DNA of 64,000 bases from Candidatus Poribacteria bacterium (GCA_965198165.1 OZ240244.1:1258061-1322060); one strand, 5' to 3'; numbered from the stretch's first letter, positions 26,625 to 36,908 are shown. Notes: generated by a model from the sequence alone, not told the origin. Made by a program: numbers and translations.

Positions 26625-28598
26625 CTATCCCGGTGCAAAATCATAAATCGGTGTACGGATAATAACGCTCAACACGCTCCAGAATGCCCCAACGCAGTAT
26701 TCGCCTAGAATCACACCGAAGAAGAAACCGACCGCTTTTCTATACAACGCCGGCCCGCCGAACCTGAGAACAAACCATTTGATAGTTGTACTGATTACCA
26801 AGCAGGTCCAGAAATACCCGACACCACCGGTCATCGAGAGCGCGTAGCCAGCGGGGTGTAGCGGCCACCAGATAAATCGCATCCGCATCAACATTAACAG
26901 AAACGTAAAGCCCATGCTCCCTGCCATAAATCCCATCGCAGTTGGGTCTGGGTCACGCGGATATGCAAGCAAGCCCGCCAGCCACCGGAATTGATAAATG
27001 TGCCCGATTGAAGGGCCGACTCCGCCGCCCGCACCTGTGATGGCTCCACCGAGACGGTAGAGTTCACTCACAGTCGCCCAAAAGGATGCCAGCGCACCAA
27101 ACAGCACGGCAATCATCATCGCTGCCACAAGCCGCTTTGTATTCATCCCGGTTCTCTCGGCGATTTTGAACGCTTCCAACTGATGCGGCATAATGTGTTC
27201 CCGATAACCACGTCCACTGAAGAACCAGAAGTAGGGAAAGACTGTTAGGTTATTTGGCCCGATTCGGCGTGTTCCCAAAATATTAATTAGGAACTGTTGA
27301 CCGTTGACCATACCCGCCATCTCATGAGCAGGAGGCCCTATCTCCGCACGTACCCGGGTTATCGCCACGGAAAGGGCGTAGAAAAACGCAAAGTACGGCA
27401 GAATGATTAGGAGCGTCATCCCCGCTTTCAGGCAGAACCAAGTAATAAACAGCGCGGAGAGAATTATCAGCACAAGGCATGTTCGGTAGCGAATCGGTTC
27501 ATCAGAATCGTCAAGCCCATTCGGCCTTCCCAAAATCGTCCGTGCAACGTTGAGCAGATGCCTCCGTGTTATGACTAACGTTGCGACAAATATTGCCAGC
27601 CACGCCCCGATGGATTGTTCGCTGAAGTAAGGAAAAGGGGGTGGAATTGCAACGGCACTCCCAAAAACACGTTGGAGTTTTTCGACAATGTAGAAGAACC
27701 AGATCGAGAATGAGAGATCAAGTGGCAACAAAAATCCGAGCCCAATCACAAACGGATAGAGCGGGACAGTGATAGTTCCAACGGCGTTCCACGGTTTTTC
27801 AGTGAAGAACGTCCCCCAATTCCGGGCATTATGCCGGACGCTGAAATCTGGAAGGATGGGATAGAAATGGGCGAGACCGTGCCAGACATCGAGAGTCGCC
27901 GCGCTGATAAACCCTATCCACAGAATCCGATTTCGGAAAAAACTAGCAGACCCACCCCGCTCGGTAATCGCCAGCGGCAGTTGAATAATCGGGTAAGCGA
28001 GTTTTTCATGCTCTGTCCACTGCTTGCGAACAATCACGTTCAAACAGATCATGATTGTACCCCACGGGAGGATGAACGCTGTCCACCACAGTGTCGGCCA
28101 GAGCCATGCCCGGAGAAGTTTTTCTGTGTAGAACGGCGTATCGCCTTCGTAGAAGCCGCGGATGAGCTCCTTGTCCGCAACAACGAGATGTTTTGGAATA
28201 TGGTTGTGAAACAGGCCTGCCCAATCGTTTTCGAGCGTGGCGAACCAGAACGCATGGGGAATCGCGGGGATAGTCAGCGCCAGCGTATCGTGTCCCGCTA
28301 GGCCAGAGGCGATTGAGAGCATCGCGTAAATTGTAACCATTTCGCCTTGGGTCAAGGCCGCCCTCGGAGCGAACCGCTTGATAATTAGATTAAGCAGAAT
28401 GAGAAAAAACAGATTCAGGACAACATTCCAGAACAACGAAATCGTGGTTGGATGCCCAGAATGCCAGACGCATTCAACTTCGATAATCCAAAAAACGTTG
28501 GGCGGAATGAGAAGTAAGGCAATTAAAATCGCACGCCAGGTTACCCCTGATGTTTGGTGCGCGCGCTCTTTTTCAATGGCAACCATTGATGACCTCAA
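26625..28598 (-). CDS. large (657 aa) polytopic integral membrane protein of unknown function
   Basis: At least 12 hydrophobic helices. Trp/Phe-rich loops. No recognisable catalytic motif by eye. Co-oriented with, and 100 bp upstream of, the PorV-like gene. Confidence 0.6.
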   Translation of the reverse strand: MRSSMVAIEKERAHQTSGVTWRAILIALLLIPPNVFWIIEVECVWHSGHPTTISLFWNVVLNLFFLILLNLIIKRFAPRAALTQGEMVTIYAMLSIASGLAGHDTLALTIPAIPHAFWFATLENDWAGLFHNHIPKHLVVADKELIRGFYEGDTPFYTEKLLRAWLWPTLWWTAFILPWGTIMICLNVIVRKQWTEHEKLAYPIIQLPLAITERGGSASFFRNRILWIGFISAATLDVWHGLAHFYPILPDFSVRHNARNWGTFFTEKPWNAVGTITVPLYPFVIGLGFLLPLDLSFSIWFFYIVEKLQRVFGSAVAIPPPFPYFSEQSIGAWLAIFVATLVITRRHLLNVARTILGRPNGLDDSDEPIRYRTCLVLIILSALFITWFCLKAGMTLLIILPYFAFFYALSVAITRVRAEIGPPAHEMAGMVNGQQFLINILGTRRIGPNNLTVFPYFWFFSGRGYREHIMPHQLEAFKIAERTGMNTKRLVAAMMIAVLFGALASFWATVSELYRLGGAITGAGGGVGPSIGHIYQFRWLAGLLAYPRDPDPTAMGFMAGSMGFTFLLMLMRMRFIWWPLHPAGYALSMTGGVGYFWTCLVISTTIKWFVLRFGGPALYRKAVGFFFGVILGEYCVGAFWSVLSVIIRTPIYDFAPG

Positions 28599-28964
28599 GC
28601 CGAAATGATTGGCACATTATAGCACAGATACCCAAATCTCGCAAGCGTAAAACACAACATTGAGGTTGACAAAGCCAGCATGTTAGAGTAAACTAAAATC
28701 TAATTATTTGGGAAAAATCGTAAAAGCAGGTTTAATATAAAATTTGTAGTATTGTGGGCTATACCCGTTCTAGTTATCTGCGAGCAACCGAGTTTTGCCG
28801 ATCCTTGCAGGTGGAATTTTGTTTTCTCAGTTCCCTCCGCTGCAAAAGGCGTTGCGTTAGGATGGCGCGGGGATACGCCCTCTGTTGGTTTCCGTGCGTC
28901 AGTGGTATAAAACCCGTTTCAATATAAAAATTAAGCCAATTTCAGCATAAAGGGTCACGGTTGT

Positions 28965-29080
28965 GAAGCCAGGTCAGGCTGGGAAGCCAGGTCACGGCTG
29001 GGAAGCCGTTCCTACGGGGTCACGGCTGGGAAGCCGTTCCTACAAGGTCACGGCTGGGAAGCCGTTCCTACAAGGTTGCT
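28965..29080. repeat. tandem repeat, about 28-bp unit (ccgttcctaca(a/g)ggtcacggctgggaag) x3-4, plus 17-bp x2 at 29145-29180
   Basis: Direct inspection. No unique spacers. Confidence 0.8.
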
Positions 29081-29211
29081 TATTCTTAAAAATTGTCCAA
29101 AGGTTAGTAGGGATGGATAGTAGCTGTCCCGTGTAGTAACTTTCAGAGGTAGAATGCCGTTCAGAGGTAGAACGTTAGGTTTTCTCAACGACTGATAATC
29201 AGGAGATTGAC

Positions 29212-31545
29212 ATGCACATAAAGCGAGCCGTTCTCAAATTTGCGATAATGCTATTCTATTTGATTCCTGTTGTCTCTGCTCAACAAGCGGATATAAGTAC
29301 GCACCTCCAACAACTTAATCATAAAGATGTCCCCGTGCGCCTCTACGGTGCGTATGCGTTGGGCGTAATTGGAGATGAACAAGCCGTTCAACCGTTGATT
29401 AAACTGCTCAACGACTCCGACCTATACGTGCGCGTGGCGGCCATTGATGCACTCGGTGAAATCGGTCATTCTACTGCGGTTAAGTCTCTGAACGGCTTGC
29501 TAGAAGATGAGAATTATCTCATCCGTGCCCATGCGGCGAGGGCGTTGACGAAAATCGTACCCGAAGCGGAGCAAACGCACCAGATCAAACGTTACACCAA
29601 AGATCTCAGCGACCCTGCGCGCAGTATTAGATTGCGGGCCTTGAAGGCATTGATATCGCTTCAGCCAGATCTGGCAACGGTCTATCGGCGGCGGCTCGCA
29701 ATCATCGACCTCACTGATGCGGATGAAACGATTCGCGCAAACAGTGCCGTTGAGCTGGCGAGCATCGGCGATGAGGATGCTGTTGAACCGTTAAGCGGCA
29801 TCCTCACAGACCAGAGCCGTATGGTCCGCAGAACTGCGGTGATAGCACTGAGACAGATTGCCACACGTCTCGGTAGCAGGACGATAGCCGCCGCTACCCA
29901 ACTGCTTGTTGACGCTTTGCAGGATGAGGACAATCAGGTTCGTAGTCACGCAAGCGATGCGGTTGTACTAATTGGCCCTGATGTGGTGCAACGGTTAGTC
30001 GCTGCCTTGATGACCCCGGATGGGACGGCCAATTCAGCTGTTGTCAATACGCTGGTACAGATTGGCGAACCGGCAGTTCAGCCGTTGACCGCGTTGCTTG
30101 GAGCAGACAGTGTGACGACCCGCGCTGTTGCCGTAGGGGTACTGAGCCAAATTCAACCGGATAAGGCGGCGAGCTACCAGATTCTACGGAGTCTCACGGA
30201 GCTCAAAGACCCAGAGGTCTCGGTTCGGATATTGGCACTCAATCGTTTGGGCGCCATTGGGCATCTGCCGGATTCGAGAGGGTTGGTCGCTGCCCTCTCT
30301 GACCCAGATGCACGGGTTCGCCGAAGTGCGGCTCTCACGCTCGGCAAAATTGACCAACCTCCGCTCGGTGAACTTATCCTGCTCTTGAGCGATGAGAACC
30401 CTTCAACCCGGTGGAATGCGATGATGGCGATAGGAATCATCGCATCGCAACTGGAGACGCAGGAGCAACTGCAACCGGCGATTAATCCGTTGGTGAATGC
30501 ACTGATAGGTTCAGATGCCTCAAGTCGTTTAAGGGCGGCGGATACCTTAAAACGGATTGGCTCGTCAGCAAGTGACGCGATTGCAACACTGCTCAATGAT
30601 GAAAACGCGATGGCCCGTGCCGTAGCAGCAACCCTACTGACTGAAATTGAACCAGAGATGGCGATGACCTATCAACGAACCCGCTATCTCGCCGACTTAC
30701 AGGACGCAGATGCCACCATCCGTGCAGCGGCTATTGGTCCCCTGGGAAGGGGTGGCACCCCTGACACGGCGGAACTCTTGGTCGAAGTGCTTAAAGACAG
30801 AAACCCAATCGTGCGCCAACATGCGGCGACAGCGTTGGTACAGATTGGTGAATCGGCGATTTCGGCACTTTCAACACAGCTCAGTGCTCAAGCCTCAAAC
30901 ACACGTCTGAGTGCCATTCGCATTCTCGGCGAGATTGCGGAAACGCTTCCAAACACTACCCCAATGTCGTCCGTTGTGAACATGCTTATCGAGCGACTTC
31001 AGGATTCGGATGACGCGGTTCGACTTGCCTCCATCAATACACTGGTGAAGTGTGGGGTACCAGCTATTGATGCCCTTATCGCTCAAATGGGTGCTCCTGA
31101 TACCGTGGTGCGGTCAGCGGCAACGAAGGCGTTGGGTCGGATGGGAGATACGGCAAAGGAAGCGTTGATTAGGACATTGTCAAACCCCAAAAGCACCGTT
31201 CGGCAGAATGCCGCGGCTGCGCTTGGACAGATAGTTCCTGATGAGGCGCAATTCTACCAAGTGACGCGATACATCAACGATCTCAGGGATACAGATGAAA
31301 CGGTGCGAGCAAGCGCGGCAAGAATGTTAGGACACATCGGTGCCCCTCGTGCATTTGAACAGTTGGTTGCGACGTTGGGCGACACAGATTATCGGGTCAG
31401 ACTCCATGCAGCGGAAGCATTGGGCAAGCTCAATGACAAACGAGCGATGCCTGCACTGGAGGCGGCAAAGAACGACAAAGACGATGTGAAAGCCGTTGAG
31501 GAAGCGGCTAAAAATTCGTTTAATTGGCTCAAACGCCTTCCGTGA
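29212..31545 (+). CDS. HEAT/PBS-lyase repeat protein (secreted)
   Basis: 777 aa. Signal peptide. About 20 tandem HEAT_2-like repeats (VR..A..ALG.IG...AV..L...L.D). Confidence 0.8.
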   Translation: MHIKRAVLKFAIMLFYLIPVVSAQQADISTHLQQLNHKDVPVRLYGAYALGVIGDEQAVQPLIKLLNDSDLYVRVAAIDALGEIGHSTAVKSLNGLLEDENYLIRAHAARALTKIVPEAEQTHQIKRYTKDLSDPARSIRLRALKALISLQPDLATVYRRRLAIIDLTDADETIRANSAVELASIGDEDAVEPLSGILTDQSRMVRRTAVIALRQIATRLGSRTIAAATQLLVDALQDEDNQVRSHASDAVVLIGPDVVQRLVAALMTPDGTANSAVVNTLVQIGEPAVQPLTALLGADSVTTRAVAVGVLSQIQPDKAASYQILRSLTELKDPEVSVRILALNRLGAIGHLPDSRGLVAALSDPDARVRRSAALTLGKIDQPPLGELILLLSDENPSTRWNAMMAIGIIASQLETQEQLQPAINPLVNALIGSDASSRLRAADTLKRIGSSASDAIATLLNDENAMARAVAATLLTEIEPEMAMTYQRTRYLADLQDADATIRAAAIGPLGRGGTPDTAELLVEVLKDRNPIVRQHAATALVQIGESAISALSTQLSAQASNTRLSAIRILGEIAETLPNTTPMSSVVNMLIERLQDSDDAVRLASINTLVKCGVPAIDALIAQMGAPDTVVRSAATKALGRMGDTAKEALIRTLSNPKSTVRQNAAAALGQIVPDEAQFYQVTRYINDLRDTDETVRASAARMLGHIGAPRAFEQLVATLGDTDYRVRLHAAEALGKLNDKRAMPALEAAKNDKDDVKAVEEAAKNSFNWLKRLP

Positions 31546-31610
31546 TGCGCCTTCCGTGATGGAAGAGTTTGGGCATGAGTAGTCAAAAATTTAAATAAGG
31601 AGATATGTGA

Positions 31611-32390
31611 ATGCCACAAATACCACCAGTATGGGTAGGAGTTGCTATCGTTGTTTTTATCGTTTTCATGATGACCGTTGTGCGGATTTTGAAGGAGTAC
31701 GAGCGTGCGGTTGTCTTTCGGTTCGGGCGATTAAGTCGCGTGGGAGGTCCCGGGCTCGTCTGGCTGATTCCATTCTGGATTGAGCGAATAGAGCGGATAA
31801 GTCTCCGCGTTATCGTCCAAGACGTTACCCCCCAAGATGTCATTACGAAAGACAACGTTTCTGTGAGTGTGAACGCTGTGCTCTCCTTTCGGGTGATTGC
31901 CGCTGATAAGGCGGTCATTGAGGTTGAAGACTTTGGATTCGCAATCGGTCAGGTTGCTCAGACGACGCTTCGGAGTGTGCTCGGAAGGGCGGAACTCGAT
32001 GACCTGCTCTCAGAGCGGGAAAAGTTGAACCAAGACCTTGAGAATATCATCGCCCAACACTGCGAACCGTGGGGTGTCGAGGTACTTGCGATGGAAATCA
32101 AACACGTCGACCTGCCTGTGGAGATGCAACGTGCGATGGCAAAACAGGCGGAGGCGGAGCGGGAACGGCGAGCAAAAGTGGTTCATGCGGACGGGGAATT
32201 AGAATCTGCCCGAGCTTTAACGGATGCCGCCGCGATGCTCAGCTCCACACCCGCCGCTGTGCAACTCCGATTTCTCCAAGCCCTAATCGAAGTCTCTGCG
32301 AATTCCAAGAATTCTACGCTGGTCTTCCCACTTCCAATTGAGCTCCTGAAGGGATTGGTAAAGCTTGGCGACGATTCAGCAACATCATAA
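31611..32390 (+). CDS. SPFH/band-7 (stomatin-like) membrane protein
   Basis: N-terminal TM helix. [16 protein letters not shown]...[11 protein letters not shown]-terminal coiled coil ([11 protein letters not shown]). Confidence 0.85.
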   Translation: MPQIPPVWVGVAIVVFIVFMMTVVRILKEYERAVVFRFGRLSRVGGPGLVWLIPFWIERIERISLRVIVQDVTPQDVITKDNVSVSVNAVLSFRVIAADKAVIEVEDFGFAIGQVAQTTLRSVLGRAELDDLLSEREKLNQDLENIIAQHCEPWGVEVLAMEIKHVDLPVEMQRAMAKQAEAERERRAKVVHADGELESARALTDAAAMLSSTPAAVQLRFLQALIEVSANSKNSTLVFPLPIELLKGLVKLGDDSATS

Positions 32391-32623
32391 GTTGCCTGAA
32401 TTGCGTCAAGTCATCTTGCCACCCGTTAGGGCAGGATTCACAGGATTAAGAAATCGGTTTAATATTCTGCGATTTTGTTGCCTCAGGTCACCCCGCAGAA
32501 AAAGGGCGTAGCGTTAGCATCGAGCGGCGATACGCCCTCTGTCGGTTTCCGTGCGTCAGTGCTATTATTCTTACAAAATTGTCCAAAGCTTAGGGGGTAG
32601 TCAATATCAGGGGGATTAAGACA

Positions 32624-33892
32624 ATGAAAAGCCTATATCTTTCTTCACTACGAGGAATTATCGGCGATTGGGAGTACTTTCCGTGTTTAATGAAATTCAG
32701 AGATATTGCTGAAAGAGTAAACTTAGCAGAAGAAATCTATGAGAGCAAAACCCTAAGTGAGCTAGTGGAGCGGGAGCTCCGTCAAAATCGCGGCAAAGAG
32801 ATAAAAGCATATCTGATTCAACAAGAACAACGCTTTGTCAATTCCTTAATCGTTGCAGTTTACGAAGGGGCCCCCAATTGGTATGGAATAACCAACCTGA
32901 AGCCAAACAGCATATTAGAGGTCAATACAATACCTGATGAGATCGTCGAAAATGTTGGATTTCTATGCTTGAGTGGTGGCGAGAGGCTTTTTACACTGGA
33001 CGGACAAGACAGGTTGGTGGGCATTAAAGACGCTGTGAAAGAGAATCCTGAGCTGGGTGACGACGAATTGACAGTCATCTTTATCGCTCATAATACAGAT
33101 TCGGCGGGCAAAGAGAGAAGTCGGAGGCTTTTCACAACATTAAACAAGAACGATAAACTTGTTTCAAAAGGGGGGATTATTGCTCTTGACGAGGATGATA
33201 CAATGGCTATTATCGCCCGGCGGTTGGTTATGGAAAATCCCATGTTTATGGAAAAACGCATCTTGAACAATGCCACCAATAATATACCACCTAGCAATTC
33301 TACTTGCCTAACAACGATTGGGAATCTGTACGATCTGCTCGGAATCCTTTTTACGAAAATCTATGTTATATCGAAAAAAAAGAGACAAGCAGATATAAAA
33401 GAGGAATTGACGAAAACGAGGTTAAGTGATAAAATTCTTGATAAGCACTACAAAAACGCTGGCGATTATTTTACGAGACTCGCATATAGCTTCGCTCCGT
33501 TGACCGAGTTTTGCACCGCCTCCGATTATTCTGCGGTCGTCAAAAAATACAGAAATCCAGAGGGTGGCAGTATTCTGTTTCGCCCAATCGGATTGACAAT
33601 TATCACTGAAATTGTTTCAACGCTGGTCAAGAAATACCCATTGGATAGGTGCTTCGAGTTGGTTTCAAAATTGCCTACTGATCTGACAGCAGAACCTTAT
33701 AACGGTGTTATCTGGCATCTAACGCGAAAGCGGATGACGGGTGGGAAAACTCTCGTCAGAAATCTTTTGCTGTATATGTTGGATGCGTATGATGGGGATG
33801 AAGATAAACTGCACCAAGATTACGCAAAAGCATTAGGGGTAGAACAGAACAAAATCCAGCTTCCTGTATCTGTGATTAAGTGTGTGTCCTGA
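32624..33892 (+). CDS. DGQHR domain protein (DndB/DpdB-like, ParB/Srx-fold), paralog 1
   Basis: FTLDGQDRLVGIK motif. 422 aa. The C-terminal two-thirds are near-identical at DNA level to paralog 2. Confidence 0.8.
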   Translation: MKSLYLSSLRGIIGDWEYFPCLMKFRDIAERVNLAEEIYESKTLSELVERELRQNRGKEIKAYLIQQEQRFVNSLIVAVYEGAPNWYGITNLKPNSILEVNTIPDEIVENVGFLCLSGGERLFTLDGQDRLVGIKDAVKENPELGDDELTVIFIAHNTDSAGKERSRRLFTTLNKNDKLVSKGGIIALDEDDTMAIIARRLVMENPMFMEKRILNNATNNIPPSNSTCLTTIGNLYDLLGILFTKIYVISKKKRQADIKEELTKTRLSDKILDKHYKNAGDYFTRLAYSFAPLTEFCTASDYSAVVKKYRNPEGGSILFRPIGLTIITEIVSTLVKKYPLDRCFELVSKLPTDLTAEPYNGVIWHLTRKRMTGGKTLVRNLLLYMLDAYDGDEDKLHQDYAKALGVEQNKIQLPVSVIKCVS

Positions 33893-33983
33893 GAATCACT
33901 ACCCAGGAGCAGGTCACCAAAATGCGCGGCAACAGGATAGGGAATCTGGTAGACTTGTTGTAGGAGTAGATACGGATTAGGCA

Positions 33984-34493
33984 GTGACAGGAAATGCTAT
34001 GGCACATTATGATGTGGTGAGTCAGCAAAAAGAGGTAAGAATCTATCAGACGAATTTCCTTCTTTGGAAAACACAATGGGATGCTTACACTGACCCGCCG
34101 ATTCCATTGGATTGGAAATGCGTGAAGTTTGAAGAAAATAACATAAACCAGGTTCCTACCGAGAAAGGAGTTTATGCTTTTTTCATTGAGCCAAGACTTG
34201 CCAAATTTCCATCGCACGGCTATTTAGCATATATCGGACAGACAGGATATAAGAGCGAGCGTAACTTGCGAAAGAGATTTGGGGATTATCTCCAAGACAA
34301 AAAGAGATCCAAAAGAGTACGAGTCAATTTAATGTTGAATACATGGGAAGACTATCTGTATTTTTATTACGCTGAAGTTGATCCGGCTCTGGATTTAAGA
34401 CAACTAGAACAAATGCTGTTAGATACTTTCACGCCCCCTTTCGTTGAGCGAGGACATTCAACGCACATAAGTGACATAATCAAAGGAATATGA
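33984..34493 (+). CDS. GIY-YIG nuclease family protein
   Basis: EKGVYAFF...GYLAYIGQTG...NLRKRFGDY matches GIY-(10-11)-YIG plus the conserved Arg. Its stop overlaps the next start (ATGA). Confidence 0.7.
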   Translation: MTGNAMAHYDVVSQQKEVRIYQTNFLLWKTQWDAYTDPPIPLDWKCVKFEENNINQVPTEKGVYAFFIEPRLAKFPSHGYLAYIGQTGYKSERNLRKRFGDYLQDKKRSKRVRVNLMLNTWEDYLYFYYAEVDPALDLRQLEQMLLDTFTPPFVERGHSTHISDIIKGI

Positions 34494-35758
34494 TGATGGA
34501 AAGACTATATCTTTCTTCGCTAAGAGGTCTAATCGGTGATTGGGTGTATTATCCTGCCCTAGTGAAACTCAAGGTTATTGCTGAACGGGTGAGTATCGCT
34601 GAAGAGATTTATCAAAGCCCAGCCTTGAGCAAAATGGTACAGAGATGGATAAAAAGGAATGGTGGTAGGGAGATAAAAAATTATCTCCTCAAACAAAAAG
34701 AGCGTTTCTTTAATTCACTAATCGTAGCAGTCTATGAAGGAGAGCCCGATTGGCATGCGATTACTCGTGTTGACAGCAACAATCCATTGGTAGATGCCGA
34801 GGACATCCCCGACGATGTAGTTGCTGGAATTGGATTTCTCAGTTTGAGCGGCGACGAAAAACTATTCACACTTGATGGGCAACACCGACTTATAGGAATT
34901 AAGGAAGCTGTGGAGGAAGACCCTGAACTGGGCGAAGAAGAATTGACGGTAATATTTATCGCCCATCGCACAGATGAAGCAGGAATGGAAAGAAGTCGGA
35001 GGCTTTTCACAACATTAAACAAGAACGATAAACTTGTTTCAAAAGGGGAGATTATTGCTCTTGACGAGGATGATACAATGGCTATCATTGCTCGGCGGTT
35101 GGTTATGGAAAATCCCATGTTTATGGAAGACCGCATCTTGAACAATGCCACCAGTAATATACCACCCAGCAATTCTACTTGCCTTACGACCATTGGGAAT
35201 CTGTACGATCTGCTCGGAATCCTATTCACAAAAATCTATGTTGTATCGAAAAACAAGCGGCTGGCAAAGATAAAAGAGGAATTGACCCAAACGCGGTTAA
35301 GCGATGAAATCCTTGGTCAGCACTACAAAAACGCTTGCGATTATTTTACGAGACTCGCATATAGCTTCGTTCCGTTGACCGAGTTTTGCACCGCCTCCGA
35401 TTATTCTGCGGTCGTCAAAAAATACAGAAATCCAGAGGGTGGCAGTATTCTTTTTCGCCCAATCGGATTGACAATTATCACTGAAATTGTTTCAACGCTG
35501 GTCAAGAAATACCCATTGGATAGGTGCTTCGAGTTGGTTTCAAAATTGCCTACTGATCTGACAGCAGAACCTTATAAGGGTGTTATCTGGCATCCAACGC
35601 GAAAGCGGATGACGGGTGGGAAAACTCTCGTCAGAAATCTTTTGCTCTATATGTTAGATGCGTATGATGGGGATGAAGATAAACTACATCAAGATTACGC
35701 GAAAGCATTAGGGGCACCCCAGTTGCTACCTGTTCCATACAAACTAAAACAGGGTTGA
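34490..35758 (+). CDS. DGQHR domain protein, paralog 2
   Basis: FTLDGQHRLIGIK. 422 aa. Translationally coupled to the GIY-YIG gene. Confidence 0.8.
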   Translation: MMMERLYLSSLRGLIGDWVYYPALVKLKVIAERVSIAEEIYQSPALSKMVQRWIKRNGGREIKNYLLKQKERFFNSLIVAVYEGEPDWHAITRVDSNNPLVDAEDIPDDVVAGIGFLSLSGDEKLFTLDGQHRLIGIKEAVEEDPELGEEELTVIFIAHRTDEAGMERSRRLFTTLNKNDKLVSKGEIIALDEDDTMAIIARRLVMENPMFMEDRILNNATSNIPPSNSTCLTTIGNLYDLLGILFTKIYVVSKNKRLAKIKEELTQTRLSDEILGQHYKNACDYFTRLAYSFVPLTEFCTASDYSAVVKKYRNPEGGSILFRPIGLTIITEIVSTLVKKYPLDRCFELVSKLPTDLTAEPYKGVIWHPTRKRMTGGKTLVRNLLLYMLDAYDGDEDKLHQDYAKALGAPQLLPVPYKLKQG

Positions 35759-35904
35759 TATAACCGACAACCTCACATATAATATTAAGCAGGTTTAAGA
35801 ATAAAAGTTTCGATTCCGATTCCAAAGAAATCAAGTTTTTGCAAGGGACGGGCGGGGGGACCCCGCCCCTACGGGTTCAAGAATGTGAAAATTACTATTA
35901 AAAC

Positions 35905-36777
35905 TTGCTTATTATGGCACAACAATATGATAGCGTCTCAAAATATATCATCTCGGCGTATCCGCAAGCGATGGCAAAACTGGTCTTCAGCAGTCAAACC
36001 GTCGAAGTGCAGGAAACCCTCTCTACTGAGCAGATTATTGTCGATGTCGGCTACACCGATATCACCCTCAGGGTGAAACGTCCTGATGGCACATTAGCTA
36101 CGCTCCACATTGAGGTGCAAACCCGCGATAGCCAGGAACCGATGCCGTTGCGGATGGCAGCGTATCATGGATACCTGCTTAGAGAGTATAAGATGCCCGT
36201 CTGCGGCTGTGTTATTTATCTTGCCCCGAATGCTGGCAAAACCGACCCCGGTCACTATACCTATGAATGGGACGGGTACCAGTATCTGATGCAGTACAAG
36301 GTGATACGATTGATTGAGATAGATGGGCAAGCGATTTTGGAAACGCAGGACCCCGGTTTACTACCACTCACGCCTTTGATGAAACGGCCTAATGATATGG
36401 ATGCCGATCGCTGGTTGGACGAATGTGTTAAAGCGACCAAGGCGGCAGCCGTGGCACCGGAGGTTTTGCCCAATTTATTGGCGGTTTTGAGTATCTTTAG
36501 CAGTTTGGTTTATGACTCTGAACAGATTAACCAACACATCCCGGAGGTCATGATGCACGAATTTCCGTTAGTCCAACACTTTATTGAACAAGGGATTAAG
36601 CAAGGGCGTCAAGAAGGGCATCAAGAAGGGCGCCAAGAAGGTACTGAGCAAGCCCTGACAGCAATTGCGATTGCCATGCTGAACGATAATCAACCGATTG
36701 ATACGATTGTCAAATACACCGGCTTATCTGAAGCGGAGATTAAACAATTAACCGAATCGGTTGATTCAACGACCTAA
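35905..36777 (+). CDS. Rpn/YhgA-like PD-(D/E)XK recombination-promoting nuclease / putative transposase
   Basis: C-terminal QGRQEGHQEGRQEG repeat. Family-typical tail ...IDTIVKYTGLSEAEIKQL. The likely start is the ATG at 35914; the ORF track uses TTG at 35905. Confidence 0.7.
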   Translation: MLIMAQQYDSVSKYIISAYPQAMAKLVFSSQTVEVQETLSTEQIIVDVGYTDITLRVKRPDGTLATLHIEVQTRDSQEPMPLRMAAYHGYLLREYKMPVCGCVIYLAPNAGKTDPGHYTYEWDGYQYLMQYKVIRLIEIDGQAILETQDPGLLPLTPLMKRPNDMDADRWLDECVKATKAAAVAPEVLPNLLAVLSIFSSLVYDSEQINQHIPEVMMHEFPLVQHFIEQGIKQGRQEGHQEGRQEGTEQALTAIAIAMLNDNQPIDTIVKYTGLSEAEIKQLTESVDSTT

Positions 36778-36872
36778 GCCTAACCCCTTTTCAAACAGAC
36801 TCTGAACACAGGTGCGAATAGTATGCAAGGGCTTGGATTGGGCGATCCAACCCGAACGACTGGCAGATCAGA

Positions 36873-36908
36873 AAAGCCCCAACCATATCAAATGGCTGGG
36901 GCTTTTTG
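36873..36908 (+). terminator. rho-independent terminator
   Basis: aaaagccccaaccatatcaaatggctggggctttttg is a GC stem plus T-run. A duplicate lies at 37344-37380. Confidence 0.7.
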
